A stretch of 63,400 bases of DNA, the filler included, from Stramenopiles sp. TOSAG23-2 (Eukaryota): the NCBI GenBank assembly GCA_900128395.1. It is 8 parts of 8 records of this genome, joined end to end, with 100 filler letters (N's around TTAATTAATTAA, not from the genome) between each part and the next. Parts side by side here need not be neighbours in the genome. Positions count along the whole stretch, not along the records: positions 11,762 to 23,418 come from LT649910.1; 7 more parts are not named here. The stretch is one strand, 5' to 3'. The translations under genes and the position numbers were made by a program. The notes below the pieces were generated by a model. The model saw only the letters and a program-made list of their open reading frames with translations, was not told the DNA's origin and searched no databases. Of this stretch, positions 12,271 through 22,653 are shown one piece after another (the stretch's first letter is position 1; each line of letters opens with the position of its first letter).

Positions 12271-12653
12271 TTTTCTTCATCATCAAAAAATAATAATAAT
12301 AAAAAAAAAGAAGAAGAGAAAAAAAAGCGTGTCGTCTCTCGTCTCCTTGTACTCCTATCTTCTATAAATATTAAATAAATACAGAGTGTAAATAAGATCA
12401 ATGATGATGCATCTACATCTATATAATATTATAGATTTGTTATCCTTTTGCTTTTACATCCTGTTTTTCGTTAGTTCCTCCATTTTCTTCATCATCAAAA
12501 AATAATAATAATAAAAAAAAAGAAGAAGAGAAAAAAAAGCGTGTCGTCTCTCGTCTCCTTGTACTCCTATCTTCTATAAATATTAAATAAATACAGAGTG
12601 TAAATAAGATCAATGATGATGCATCTACATCTATATAATATTATAGATTTGTT
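12271..12653. repeat. 171-bp direct duplication (12271-12441 / 12483-12653) bridged by an inverted copy of the INPP4 55-mer
   Basis: Copies identical by eye; 12446-12500 is the reverse complement of 14317-14371 with one mismatch. Confidence 0.9.
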
Positions 12654-12785
12654 TCTACATGTAGAGATAGAGAAGATAAAGAGAGACAAGGAAAAAAAGA
12701 TTATAAACATTCACAGATTGTTGCAGTGAAAACCCTAAGAAAGAAGAAAATACACGTAGATATATATCAAATACATTAATATAAC

Positions 12786-13352
12786 ATGGCAAGTTTAACA
12801 TCCGAAGATTTGCCACCACCACCGCCACCACCACCTTCTTCAAATGATGATAATAATAATAATAATAATAATAACGATCGTAAAGCAATAGCACGTTCGC
12901 ATTCAGGTGCCTTTACATCATTGGAAGGGTGGTTTGAAACAAAATCAACCTCCATGTTTAAAAAAAGAGATAAATGTTACGTTGTCTTAGTAGATAAAAA
13001 TGTTAGTATATATTCAAGCGATAAAGATAAAAAACCAAAGAAAGTATTTTCTTTTGAGACTGGGGAAATTGACGTTGTTGATAATGAGAAAAACAGTAAA
13101 GGTTTTTCCTTAACAATCGTTGATAAAGGTAAAAAGAAAGATCAAATTACATTATTTGGCGAGAGCCAAGAATACATAGAGAAATGGTCAAGTGGAATTT
13201 TAAAAAATAATACCCAAATAAATTTTGAAAAAAGAAGAGCCAGTTTAAACCGTGTACAGAATCAAGGACAATTGTTTGATGAAATATGGGCTGCTGATGA
13301 TGATGAAGAGAATGGAGGAACTAACGAAAAACAGGATGTAAAAGCAAAAAAA
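12786..13352 (+). CDS. 5' part of PH-PH-C2-INPP4 gene: poly-Pro/Asn N-terminus and first PH domain
   Basis: LEGWFETKS..FKKRDKCYVVL...LFGESQEYIEKWSSGI PH signature; ends in DDEENGGTNEKQDVKAKK, the same peptide that opens the 14309 ORF. Confidence 0.8.
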
Positions 13353-14374
13353 AATGTTGTCAAGTTTAAGAAATGTTGCAAGGCGCAATGTTGTTGCACA
13401 TCGTTTGGCACGTATGCTTCCAACGACTGGTCAACAAACACAGTTCCACGTAACGACGAAATTTAGTGAAGAGGAAAAAGCAGCAGTAACAGCTGAGGAG
13501 GAAGGTGGCGATTTTGATATTGTAGCTACATTGAGTAACCCATTTTACGGTGTCCCAATCGGTGGCTTAGCAGCGGCAACTGCAGTTGCAACTGATTTTT
13601 ACATTATTAACGAAGAGACACAATTACTTGGTTTATGGTGTTTATTCGTAGGTACTATTTATCATAATTTTGGTGCTGATGTTGGTGAATACTTTGATAG
13701 TGTTGGTGATGCTGTATTGAAAGAACAAAATGCGCAAGAGGATGCAATCATCGAAAGTATGCGCGTAACCGCGGATGCACATAAACATCGTTTAGATATC
13801 TTGGATGATTTGACTATGATTCGTGATGCACAAAATGAAATTTTGGAAACCATCGTAGCAACTAAATCAAACCAATTAAAACATGAGTTAAGGGATAAAG
13901 TGGTTATGCGTTTGGATGCATTGAAACAGTTGGAACAAAGTGTAACAGCTGGTGTTCAATCTACCATGGTTAATGCAGCAACGGAGAAAGTTCGTGGTAA
14001 TGTCGATACCATGAAAAAAGCTGCATTGGATAGTGCGTTTGCTGCCATTGCTGACCCAACAGCAGCTGGTTCTGATCCAGTTGCAAATGAATATAATGCA
14101 GTTATTAAAGCATTTGCTAAGAAAGCTGCAGCAGCGAAAGATACACCTATTGAATTGACCGCTGCAGAACAAGCAGAAGTTGAGGATGAATTAAGAGCTA
14201 TGATACGTAAAGAAGGATTAACAGATGATGAAGCAACTGCATTAGGTTGGGTTATTAAAGCACCAGCATCCGTTTCACCAGCAGTTTAAAACTACAAAGT
14301 GTTAGCGTGTGTGGTGTTTTGATGATGAAGAGAATGGAGGAACTAACGAAAAACAGGATGTAAAAGCAAAAAAA
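13298..14374. repeat. 55-bp direct repeat pair (13298-13352 and 14320-14374) flanking the ATP synthase b ORF
   Basis: tgatgatgaagagaatggaggaactaacgaaaaacaggatgtaaaagcaaaaaaa present at both positions, 1022 bp apart. Confidence 0.95.
13354..14289 (+). CDS. ATP4: Mitochondrial F1Fo ATP synthase subunit b (ATP4/ATP5PB family)
   Basis: Arg-rich presequence MLSSLRNVARRNVVAHRLAR; two hydrophobic segments around DFYIINEET; helical stalk (ELRDKVVMRLDALKQLE). Confidence 0.8.
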   Translation: MLSSLRNVARRNVVAHRLARMLPTTGQQTQFHVTTKFSEEEKAAVTAEEEGGDFDIVATLSNPFYGVPIGGLAAATAVATDFYIINEETQLLGLWCLFVGTIYHNFGADVGEYFDSVGDAVLKEQNAQEDAIIESMRVTADAHKHRLDILDDLTMIRDAQNEILETIVATKSNQLKHELRDKVVMRLDALKQLEQSVTAGVQSTMVNAATEKVRGNVDTMKKAALDSAFAAIADPTAAGSDPVANEYNAVIKAFAKKAAAAKDTPIELTAAEQAEVEDELRAMIRKEGLTDDEATALGWVIKAPASVSPAV

Positions 14375-17300
14375 GTAAGTGCTATTGCACCACCAGAACA
14401 TGAAGGCTATTTAATGAAACAAGGTGGCACATTTAAAAGTTGGAAAAACCGATATATGGTATTGTCACATTTTTGTCTATCGTATTATGCAACAGAGGAT
14501 CATTATAAAAATGGTAAAAAACCAAAAGGCAATATACGTGTGAATGATGAATGTAACATACATAGACGTGAGAAAAAAAATTTAAAAACGCATCCATTTG
14601 GATTTATTTTAAGTGCAAGTGAAGGCCAAACAAAAAAAAGACGTGATTATCAAATGTGTTCGGAAACAATTGATATAAACGGTGTATGGATTGCCAAATT
14701 ACGTGCAACAGTGAATTTAGCAAAGAAATTAAAAAAAGAAGGTGAAGCACAAATACGTACACGGATTTCTATTGAAGAACAACAAGGAGAAGGAGGAAAC
14801 CATGGTAATAATGAACAACTTAATACAATACAAGATGGTACGGATGGGCAAGGTGGTGAGAAGGCAGGTAATAATACTATGGCTAAAACTTCGTCTGCAC
14901 ATGAGCTTCAAATGGATCATCAAAATGACGAGTATTATTTATTAAAACAACGGATAAAGAAAGCAGAAAAAGTTCCTTGGAATCGACGTGCTAAATCTGC
15001 ATTAAATTTTGGAAGACAATTTTCAAATAAAAAAGCAAGTTTGTGCCAAGTAGAATTATCTTTTAAATTAGAAAACTTATTTGTAATAAAAAATGGCGGT
15101 GCGAGTGGTAAAAATTTATCAATATTGCAACAGGGAAGTAACGTTGCAGGGTCCGATACGGTACATTCTGTGTACCTTGTGATATCGAGATCTCCGGAGA
15201 TACCAAATATGTACTTATCCAATGAACAGGCAAATCATGCAGAAATGATAAAATATAAAGAAATATTCAAAAGTGATGAAGTACATGATAGTCGTAATCC
15301 TGAATTTACAACCAGCTTCTTAGTTGATGTGCCTGTAAACGGTGACCGAGCTTTACGTGCTGATGTTTACATATCACACCCAGCGCATGGTAAAGATATT
15401 GAATTTGGCAGTGCAATCTTTTCGATGTCAGAAATATTGCAAGAAACAACACGAGAAATGTCCGTACGTATTAAAAGTCCTTTGACTAATAACACTATTT
15501 TGCATGTTAGATATGAGGAAGGGCATAATACGTACGAGCCGAAGATTGCAGAATGTTGGGGTTTAATGGCAAGCACGTACATATACCGTGGTGAGCCAGA
15601 AACACGAACACGAGTTTTGTGTAGAGAAGAATGTTGGGAAACAGCTACGACATTTCAAATACCATTATTATATTTAAAATTACGTTTAAGTGAATTGGTT
15701 TCGGATATGGCTGGTGTTAAGCATATTACACAAAAAAAATTAAGAAAAATTGGTAGGAAGGAGGAAGAATTTAATGTAGAACGTAGAACTTTAACAACGC
15801 AACTAGATAATATCAAAGGGAAAGATGAGAGAAGTATGTTATTAGGAAAATTAGCTGAATTAGAACTTCGCAAAAAACACCATAGAGATCGCCATAATAC
15901 ATTAACAAGTGGTGGCATGGAGTTGGAACATATGAAACAGATTAATAAAGTTGTCAAATTATTTTCAACATGCGTTGATCTGTTAAAACGATTATATGCA
16001 AGTATACCTAAAAATGCATATCAACGGAAATGTATCAATTTAACATTTAAACCTAGTAAAGACAAAAAGAAGGCGTCTTTACAAATGTGTCCTTTAAATT
16101 TACATGCACAATTGTATTTTGTCAGTAAAATGGAAAAAGATATGACTGGTGGCCAAAATAAACGTGAAAATCGCTCTCGTGATAGCATGGTGATACATTT
16201 GAATCAAGATGATGATGAAGGGGATGCAATAACAGAACTGAAAGATGTTTTAAAAGAGGAGGAGCATGATGGTGGAGAGAATAGATTTTTTACTTTTAAA
16301 ACAACGCCTGATACGCTGGGCACAACTGCATATGATTTTGTCACATTTGGTGCTGCAGCAGCGCATTGCATGAAATTTAAAAAAGGTGGTCTGTATAGTA
16401 AAAAGAAGAAACTTATGAAGCTTCGTGGTTTTAACACGAATTCCGTTTACACGAGTAAATATAGTGATAATAGCAACAAAATCGAGGAAGAAGAAGAAAG
16501 TTTGCGAGTGGCTCAAGATGATGGGAACACGAAAAAGAAATTGTTGGTTGATGTAAATTTGATACAGTGGTTTTACAAAGGAGAAGATGAGCAAGAATAT
16601 GGTCCATATGATAGTAGTACCATGGGGCAATGGTATGCGGCAAAACAATTACCACCGGAATTAATGATAAGAAAAGGATTAAATGAGGTTCCTGAAGCAC
16701 TGAGAAATGATGATCTAAATGAAGACTACTTGAAATTAATTGATCATTTTGAAGTCAATAAGGAATTTGCAATGTTGAAAGGTTATGGTGGTGGTGATGA
16801 TGGTGTCAATGAAAGTACACGAAATAGTTTACCTAAAACTGATAGTGTATTCAATCACGATAATGTCTTTGCTGATATTGGTAAAATGAGTGACGATGAG
16901 GACGATTCAGAGGAAGAAGAAGAAGAAGCAGGCGATATGGATGAAGCTGAAAAGCAAATAAAAGCTATGAATTTAGCCATTGATATAACAAAACGTGAAG
17001 ATTTTTGCATTTGCCAAGCTTTAAGTGCATTAGTCCTATCATTTTCAATAAAATTAGAATTAATGCAAAATGCAGATGCACATTATTTTTATCGACAATT
17101 GGAGAAAGTGGGATATCTTTTTGCATGTGAATGCTTAGTAAGCACGCATAAACCAGAACAAGGCATGTTGGAGGACTATATGATTGGTATGAGGTACTTG
17201 CAAAATGTTAAATTTCGATTGAATAATGAAAAGGCTGCGATGAATGATGAGACTGCGTGGAAACAAAAAGAGTTACTGACATCATTGCGTTCGACATTAG

Positions 17301-18346
17301 CTTCCATGCCTGATTCAACATCTGATGAATACGCAAAGAAACAACAATTGGCAAATGATATTATAGACAATTTGAAACATTCCTCTGCGGAAACATTGCA
17401 AAAGACATGGTTCTATATGGACAACAACGGGGCGGAACAAGGCCCATTTAGTACGAGTGAAATGCGCGGCTGGTACCCAACCTATGTTGAAGATGGGACA
17501 CAAGTACGTAGAATAGATGAAGCTGCAAATAATTACATTGCAGTCGCAGAGCGCTTTCCAAATGGAAATCCTTTCCCTGAACCAAGTATGGCAGCCGTTC
17601 GTGTTGGTAAAGGTCTTCGTTGTGTTATGATGGAAAGGATTGGTCAAGATCTTGTCGTCACATTAACAGTACCAAGTGATTTATTTACGTCATTACCAAA
17701 TCCGTTGCAAAATGGTGGATTAATCGATGTTTACCCTTTACTATTCCAACAAGGGATCAATGAATTTCAAAGTATTGCGATATTGAAACGATCTGATGAT
17801 TGTAGAATTCAAAATATTATTAATCGTCAATCTCTGGATGATTTAATTGTCTATAAAAATTTATTAAAGGAACATAAAGATGAGCTTGGCTATACTAGTG
17901 AGGATGTTGATGCGCATGAACATGGTATTGAAATCTTGCAAGAGGCTGTGCAAAAAGAAGCAAAAAATCCCTTTAGGAAGCATTATGAAATTTTAGCATC
18001 ATCTGAATGTTGTGTACGTATGATGAAAGGTGGCCGTGGTACTAATTGCAAATCAGCGAAAGATCGTACCTCCATGTCCGTTACGCTGGAACAATCGCGT
18101 TTAACGTATTATAATCATATCAAAGCACATGTTCCAATACGAGATACCCCTACAACTAAATCACTGCGTAGTGAAGATAAAAGTGTTTTGTGGATGGCAA
18201 ATGGTCAACGTAAGCATGGTATACGTATACAAAATGCAAAGAAAAATGTTGGAAAAATGAAATTTGCTTTTAATGATTTTCAAAGAAAACGTTTACAAAA
18301 GATGTATCGCCCACCAAGAGTAACAATGGGTGCAATTGAGTCTTAG
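14321..18346 (+). CDS. INPP4: 3' part of type I/II inositol polyphosphate 4-phosphatase (PH, C2, two GYF_2-like inserts, CX5R catalytic domain)
   Basis: HEGYLMKQGGTFKSWKNRY (PH); SRNPEF..SF (C2); FKPSKDKK..CPLNLH, VTFGAAAAH..FKKGGL, LFQQGINEFQ and catalytic CKSAKDRTSMSVTLEQ (from 18047). Confidence 0.9.
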   Translation, partial: DDEENGGTNEKQDVKAKKVSAIAPPEHEGYLMKQGGTFKSWKNRYMVLSHFCLSYYATEDHYKNGKKPKGNIRVNDECNIHRREKKNLKTHPFGFILSASEGQTKKRRDYQMCSETIDINGVWIAKLRATVNLAKKLKKEGEAQIRTRISIEEQQGEGGNHGNNEQLNTIQDGTDGQGGEKAGNNTMAKTSSAHELQMDHQNDEYYLLKQRIKKAEKVPWNRRAKSALNFGRQFSNKKASLCQVELSFKLENLFVIKNGGASGKNLSILQQGSNVAGSDTVHSVYLVISRSPEIPNMYLSNEQANHAEMIKYKEIFKSDEVHDSRNPEFTTSFLVDVPVNGDRALRADVYISHPAHGKDIEFGSAIFSMSEILQETTREMSVRIKSPLTNNTILHVRYEEGHNTYEPKIAECWGLMASTYIYRGEPETRTRVLCREECWETATTFQIPLLYLKLRLSELVSDMAGVKHITQKKLRKIGRKEEEFNVERRTLTTQLDNIKGKDERSMLLGKLAELELRKKHHRDRHNTLTSGGMELEHMKQINKVVKLFSTCVDLLKRLYASIPKNAYQRKCINLTFKPSKDKKKASLQMCPLNLHAQLYFVSKMEKDMTGGQNKRENRSRDSMVIHLNQDDDEGDAITELKDVLKEEEHDGGENRFFTFKTTPDTLGTTAYDFVTFGAAAAHCMKFKKGGLYSKKKKLMKLRGFNTNSVYTSKYSDNSNKIEEEEESLRVAQDDGNTKKKLLVDVNLIQWFYKGEDEQEYGPYDSSTMGQWYAAKQLPPELMIRKGLNEVPEALRNDDLNEDYLKLIDHFEVNKEFAMLKGYGGGDDGVNESTRNSLPKTDSVFNHDNVFADIGKMSDDEDDSEEEEEEAGDMDEAEKQIKAMNLAIDITKREDFCICQALSALVLSFSIKLELMQNADAHYFYRQLEKVGYLFACECLVSTHKPEQGMLEDYMIGMRYLQNVKFRLNNEKAAMNDETAWKQKELLTSLRSTLASMPDSTSDEYAKKQQLANDIIDNLKHSSAETLQKTWFYMDNNGAEQGPFSTSEMRGWYPTYVEDGTQVRRIDEAANNYIAVAERFPNGNPFPEPSMAAVRVGKGLRCVMMERIGQDLVVTLTVPSDLFTSLPNPLQNGGLIDVYPLLFQQGINEFQSIAILKRSDDCRIQNIINRQSLDDLIVYKNLLKEHKDELGYTSEDVDAHEHGIEILQEAVQKEAKNPFRKHYEILASSECCVRMMKGGRGTNCKSAKDRTSMSVTLEQSRLTYYNHIKAHVPIRDTPTTKSLRSEDKSVLWMANGQRKHGIRIQNAKKNVGKMKFAFNDFQRKRLQKMYRPPRVTMGAIES

Positions 18347-18530
18347 TTAGGTTGTGTGTGTATGTATATATCGTTGATTTTTTTATTTTATTATTATTAC
18401 TTTTTTCATGATATTATTGTATCGCCCACCAAGAGTAACAATGGGTGCAATTGAGTCTTAGTTAGGTTGTGTGTGTATGTATATAATATGGTTGATTTTT
18501 TTATTTTATTATTACTTTTTTCATGATATT
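18303..18530. repeat. Near-perfect tandem duplication, 115-bp period, over the INPP4 stop codon
   Basis: 18303-18415 vs 18418-18530, differing by small indels. Confidence 0.9.
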
Positions 18531-18727
18531 CAGCCTGGACAGCATTGACACAGTACTGCTAATAATAAAAAAAAATAAACAAAATTTTTTCACCCACATT
18601 TCTTCCTAGTGCTAGTGCTCCTCCTCTCTGCCATCTCATACAGTAATAAATAAGGCCACAGTTCTAAGAACAAGAAAATGTTACAAATACATTCATGTAC
18701 TGTACATACGTATGTGAATATTACAAC

Positions 18728-18941
18728 ATATTAATATACTTTCAACAATAATTAGAAAACAGGATGATGCATACAAGAAATATGAATGTAAAACAACATG
18801 CAAAATATGTAACATTAAATTTATTTTCTAGTAATATTAATATACTTTCAACAATAATTAGAAAACAGGATGATGCATACAAGAAATATGAATGTAAAAC
18901 AACATGCAAAATATGTAACATTAAATTTATTTTCTAGTAAT
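18728..18941. repeat. Tandem duplication, 106-bp period, over the start codon of the next gene
   Basis: 18728-18835 vs 18834-18941. Confidence 0.9.
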
Positions 18942-19796
18942 GAAGCTGGTGTACAATCACTATATGATATTTTTACTCATACATTAGGCTTTGATTCCAT
19001 TGAAAATAAAAATAGGAACGAAGTTTCAGTGACTGATGGTTATTGTAGAATAAATTTTTGGTCAAATAATCGTGTATCGGCAATTAGGAATGCTCTTAGT
19101 AAGCCGAATATAACACGTTTATCTTCAATGATTTTACATGATCCCTGCAATAATAACAATAATGTAGATAGTGATGACAGTAATAATAATGTCTTCAATG
19201 AAACTTTTCAAAAGTGGAAACTGTGCGTAGGTAATTCACCAAAACTAAATACTGAGTTACGAAATAGTAACCGATCAATTAATGATGATGACTCCTCAGT
19301 TGATATAGGCCATCGCCCACTATTGAAAGAAATTGTATTAGGGTTAACATCAACTGAGGATTACAATCGCTATTCAGATCACCTTTTTCAATGTTTACCG
19401 TATGCTAATGAGAAATGTCCTGGAATTTTTTCTGTGTCCTCGAATAAATTGTTAAATATAAGGTTATTACCAAGTAAAACGTCTTCATTAGTATTTCATG
19501 TAAATGATATACAGGAAGCGGAGAAACAATTGAACATGGTAAATATGAATGGTGGTAGAATTGGTTATACCGGGGCTAGTCATGGACAACTAATGTTGAA
19601 AACACCTCTACAAGATGGTGTTGATATTAGATTATGTTCAAAGGTAGAACTTGAACCTCATTTTTGTGAAGGCGAGCAAGCAGTGTACGAGGGAGTTATA
19701 AAAGGATTTGGTGATGTGGCACATACTTCTCAACTTGGTTGTGGCCACATCTTAAGAAAAGAAATTATTGGAAAAGCTATGAGTGATAAGTTGTAA
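18870..19796 (+). CDS. Hypothetical protein, weakly glyoxalase/VOC-like
   Basis: 308-aa ORF; IFTHTLGF near the N-terminus and LVFHVNDIQEAEKQL...DGVDIRLC resemble VOC beta-alpha-beta motifs. Confidence 0.6.
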   Translation: MMHTRNMNVKQHAKYVTLNLFSSNEAGVQSLYDIFTHTLGFDSIENKNRNEVSVTDGYCRINFWSNNRVSAIRNALSKPNITRLSSMILHDPCNNNNNVDSDDSNNNVFNETFQKWKLCVGNSPKLNTELRNSNRSINDDDSSVDIGHRPLLKEIVLGLTSTEDYNRYSDHLFQCLPYANEKCPGIFSVSSNKLLNIRLLPSKTSSLVFHVNDIQEAEKQLNMVNMNGGRIGYTGASHGQLMLKTPLQDGVDIRLCSKVELEPHFCEGEQAVYEGVIKGFGDVAHTSQLGCGHILRKEIIGKAMSDKL

Positions 19797-20285
19797 AACA
19801 CAAAATATCGTTACACGTACATACTCGTACGAAGCGTAAAAAATAATACATCTATATATATAAATATTTAATGTACATTAATATATACACACATGTCTCG
19901 ATAAATTATTGGAAAAGCTATGAGTGATAAGTTGTAAAACACAAAATATCGTTACACATACACACTCGTACGAAGCGTAAAAAATAATACATCTATATAT
20001 ATATATAAATATTTAATGTACATTAATATATACACACATGTCTCGATTTTTTACAAAAACGCTCTTCCCTCTCTCCCCCTCTCTCATCCTCTTCTTCATA
20101 TGGTGAACTTTCGTTTTTTTTAAAAGAAAAATGTTATGTAATATATATATAAATATTTAATGTACATTAATATATACACACATGTCTCGATTTTTTACAA
20201 AAACGCTCTTCCCTCTCTCCCCCTCTCTCATCCTCTTCTTCATATGGTGAACTTTCGTTTTTTTTAAAAGAAAAATGTTATGTAA
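19762..20285. repeat. Two overlapping tandem duplications (periods about 141 and 144 bp) between convergent stop codons
   Basis: 19762-19902 vs 19903-about 20047 (SNPs and extra TA units); 19997-20141 vs 20141-20285. Confidence 0.9.
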
Positions 20286-22042
20286 CAAAAGAAAATCGCA
20301 AATACCCAAAACGTCCCTTCACTGTAAAAATAATACCCAAAAATGGTCATGTACAACACTGTTCCTAATGCTATCCATGAACTGTTATTTTTATCGTTCA
20401 ATACATTAACCAATGTATCAGCCATGTTATGTATTGGAATGACAAGAGTCATTAAAAGTGCCACAATCAAAACATACAAAATTACCAATACCAGTAAACA
20501 ATACAAATTCGACAGAAAACGGGCTTGTTTCTTCGCATTTATAGCTGCTAACCGTGCTTTTTCTTTTGTATTTTTCTTGTTTTCTTCACTAGCAATTTTT
20601 TGTTTTTCTGCTTCTTCCACTTTCTGCTTTTTCATTAGTTCTTCTTTCGCGGCTTTTTGAAACGCTTCTTTTTCTTCTTCTTCTTTCCGTTGTGTTTCTC
20701 TTTTCTTCTCTTGTTCTTCTTCGTATACAGCCATAGCCTTCTCGCTTTCTTCCATTTTCATATTGTTTACACGTTTTTTCTCTGCTTCTTCCACTTTTAC
20801 TTTTTCATCCTCTTCCATTTGTTCTTTTTTTAGTTTTTCAACACGTTTCTTCTCTGCTTCTTCCGCTTCAGCTAGTTTTTCTTTTTCTTCCTTCGCCAAC
20901 TTCGCTTGATGACGCTCCAATTCTTTTCTCTCTTGCTCTTTCTCCCTTTCTTCCACTTGCCGCTTTGTTTCTTCCTCTTTCTTCGAATTTTCTGCATCCT
21001 TTTTACTTTCCATCTCTTGTTTTTTTTTATCTTCTTCTTGTTTCTTTTCTTGCATTTTTGCATTATCTTCTTGTTTCTTTTCATGCTTTTCATTTTCCTC
21101 TGTTTCCTTCACTCTTTTCTCATTTTCTTCAGCAACTTTTTGATCTTCCTCTACTTTACGTTTAGTTGCTTGTTTTTCACCTTCTTCTGCTTTTTTTGCT
21201 TCATGCTTTTCATTTTCCTCTGTTTCTTTTTCCCTTCTTTCAAATTCATCTTGTTTCTGTTTTTCTTCCATTTCTTTTGCTTTTTTTTCATTTTCCTTTG
21301 CCTCTTGTTCTTGTTGATTTTTTATCGTTTCTTCCTGTTTCTCATTTTCTTCCACTTCTTTCTTTTCAGTTTCTTCGGCTTGCTTTTTCTCCTTCTTTTT
21401 ATTACGCTCTTCTACCCGTTTTTTTGCAGCATCTTCAGCAGCTTGCTTGGTCTTTTCCTCTTTTGCCCGTCCTTCTTTTTTTGTTTGCTTTTTATTTTCT
21501 TCATCCTTATTTTTTACTTGTTGCTCTTCCATTTGTTGTTGTAGTTTCTGTTGCTGTTTTAATTCTTTCATATTACTTTTTTCGTCTTCTTCATTGATAC
21601 GAGATTTTACAGCTTCTTCAGCTAATTTCTCTTGATCTTCTTCCGTCGTTTGCTTTTCATTTGCTGATGCCATTTCTGGCTGTTGTCCATTTGCATCAAC
21701 TTCCATATTTAATATATCTTGCATATTATTATCGTTATTATTATTGTTATTATTATTTGCTAAATGTTCCATCATATCTCCTATTAGTTCATCTACTAGA
21801 TGTTTCTCTAGATTATGTTCCTTGCCAAATGATACGGCGGCATCTTGAACGGTTTGACCATGTTCTACTTTGAAAATATATTTAGTGTCTTTAATATTTA
21901 TCATACCTTCAAAACGTGGTTTTTGTGGTGTTGATGAACCATCATTTTCTTTCGCAACTACGAAAATATTATTATCATTATTATTGAAAACTAAAAATAA
22001 CAATACAATACTACAACATTTATATATAATATTTTTTAACAT
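20264..22042 (-). CDS. Signal-peptide, Glu/Lys-rich coiled-coil protein with 2-3 C-terminal TM helices
   Basis: Hydrophobic N-terminus, about 350 aa of E/K/Q-rich repeats, hydrophobic C-terminal segments. Confidence 0.8.
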   Translation of the reverse strand: MLKNIIYKCCSIVLLFLVFNNNDNNIFVVAKENDGSSTPQKPRFEGMINIKDTKYIFKVEHGQTVQDAAVSFGKEHNLEKHLVDELIGDMMEHLANNNNNNNNDNNMQDILNMEVDANGQQPEMASANEKQTTEEDQEKLAEEAVKSRINEEDEKSNMKELKQQQKLQQQMEEQQVKNKDEENKKQTKKEGRAKEEKTKQAAEDAAKKRVEERNKKKEKKQAEETEKKEVEENEKQEETIKNQQEQEAKENEKKAKEMEEKQKQDEFERREKETEENEKHEAKKAEEGEKQATKRKVEEDQKVAEENEKRVKETEENEKHEKKQEDNAKMQEKKQEEDKKKQEMESKKDAENSKKEEETKRQVEEREKEQERKELERHQAKLAKEEKEKLAEAEEAEKKRVEKLKKEQMEEDEKVKVEEAEKKRVNNMKMEESEKAMAVYEEEQEKKRETQRKEEEEKEAFQKAAKEELMKKQKVEEAEKQKIASEENKKNTKEKARLAAINAKKQARFLSNLYCLLVLVILYVLIVALLMTLVIPIHNMADTLVNVLNDKNNSSWIALGTVLYMTIFGYYFYSEGTFWVFAIFFCYITFFF

Positions 22043-22653
22043 TTTTTTATTATTATTTCGATGATTGTGGCTCTTTAGCTATATGCATATATGATATGTG
22101 AGAACGTGTATATATATATATATTGTGATACACAAATATATAGAAACGCACACCACATCAAGAATAATATATATTTTGTTTTTTTTTTTATTTATATGTG
22201 CAATAATTTTTTTGAAAATGCTATTTATTGGATGGACGTTATTTTTATATCCCCTGCATATTATAGTTGTTACGTCACAAGGGTCCTCATTTTAAGGATT
22301 ATTAACATAAAGTGGTTTAAATTGTTTCTAGTATAAATAATAATACTGTTAAAGTATTAAATTTGACCTATCTATATGACTCCCCTATGTAATTTCTGTA
22401 GTCTACTAAGTTTATTTCAGAGAAGTGCACCTTTTTTACCACTTGCAAATCCGGGGGGATTACAAGGACATAATTTTACATTTCATATATATATATGCAT
22501 GTGCATTGTCCACATATTAATGTAATGATACTGTGAACAGTCGTCTTACTTTGTAACGATTGAGTTTGTGTTGTGTCTTATATATGCAGAGAAATGTTAA
22601 GCAATCATCTCATATATACCCAATATCATCGTCAATTATATCAAAAACAAATC

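Noticed and set aside
13353-13466. Cys-rich tail CCKAQCCC of ORF 12786..13466 as a lipidation or metal motif
   Set aside because: It is an off-frame reading of the ATP synthase b 5' end after the repeat junction
14375-14380. GTAAGT after the second 55-bp repeat as an intron donor
   Set aside because: The frame reads straight through (VSAIAPP) into the PH domain; no intron is needed
20906-21635. Phe/Leu-rich plus-strand ORFs resembling membrane proteins
   Set aside because: Antisense of GAA/AAA-rich coiled-coil codons
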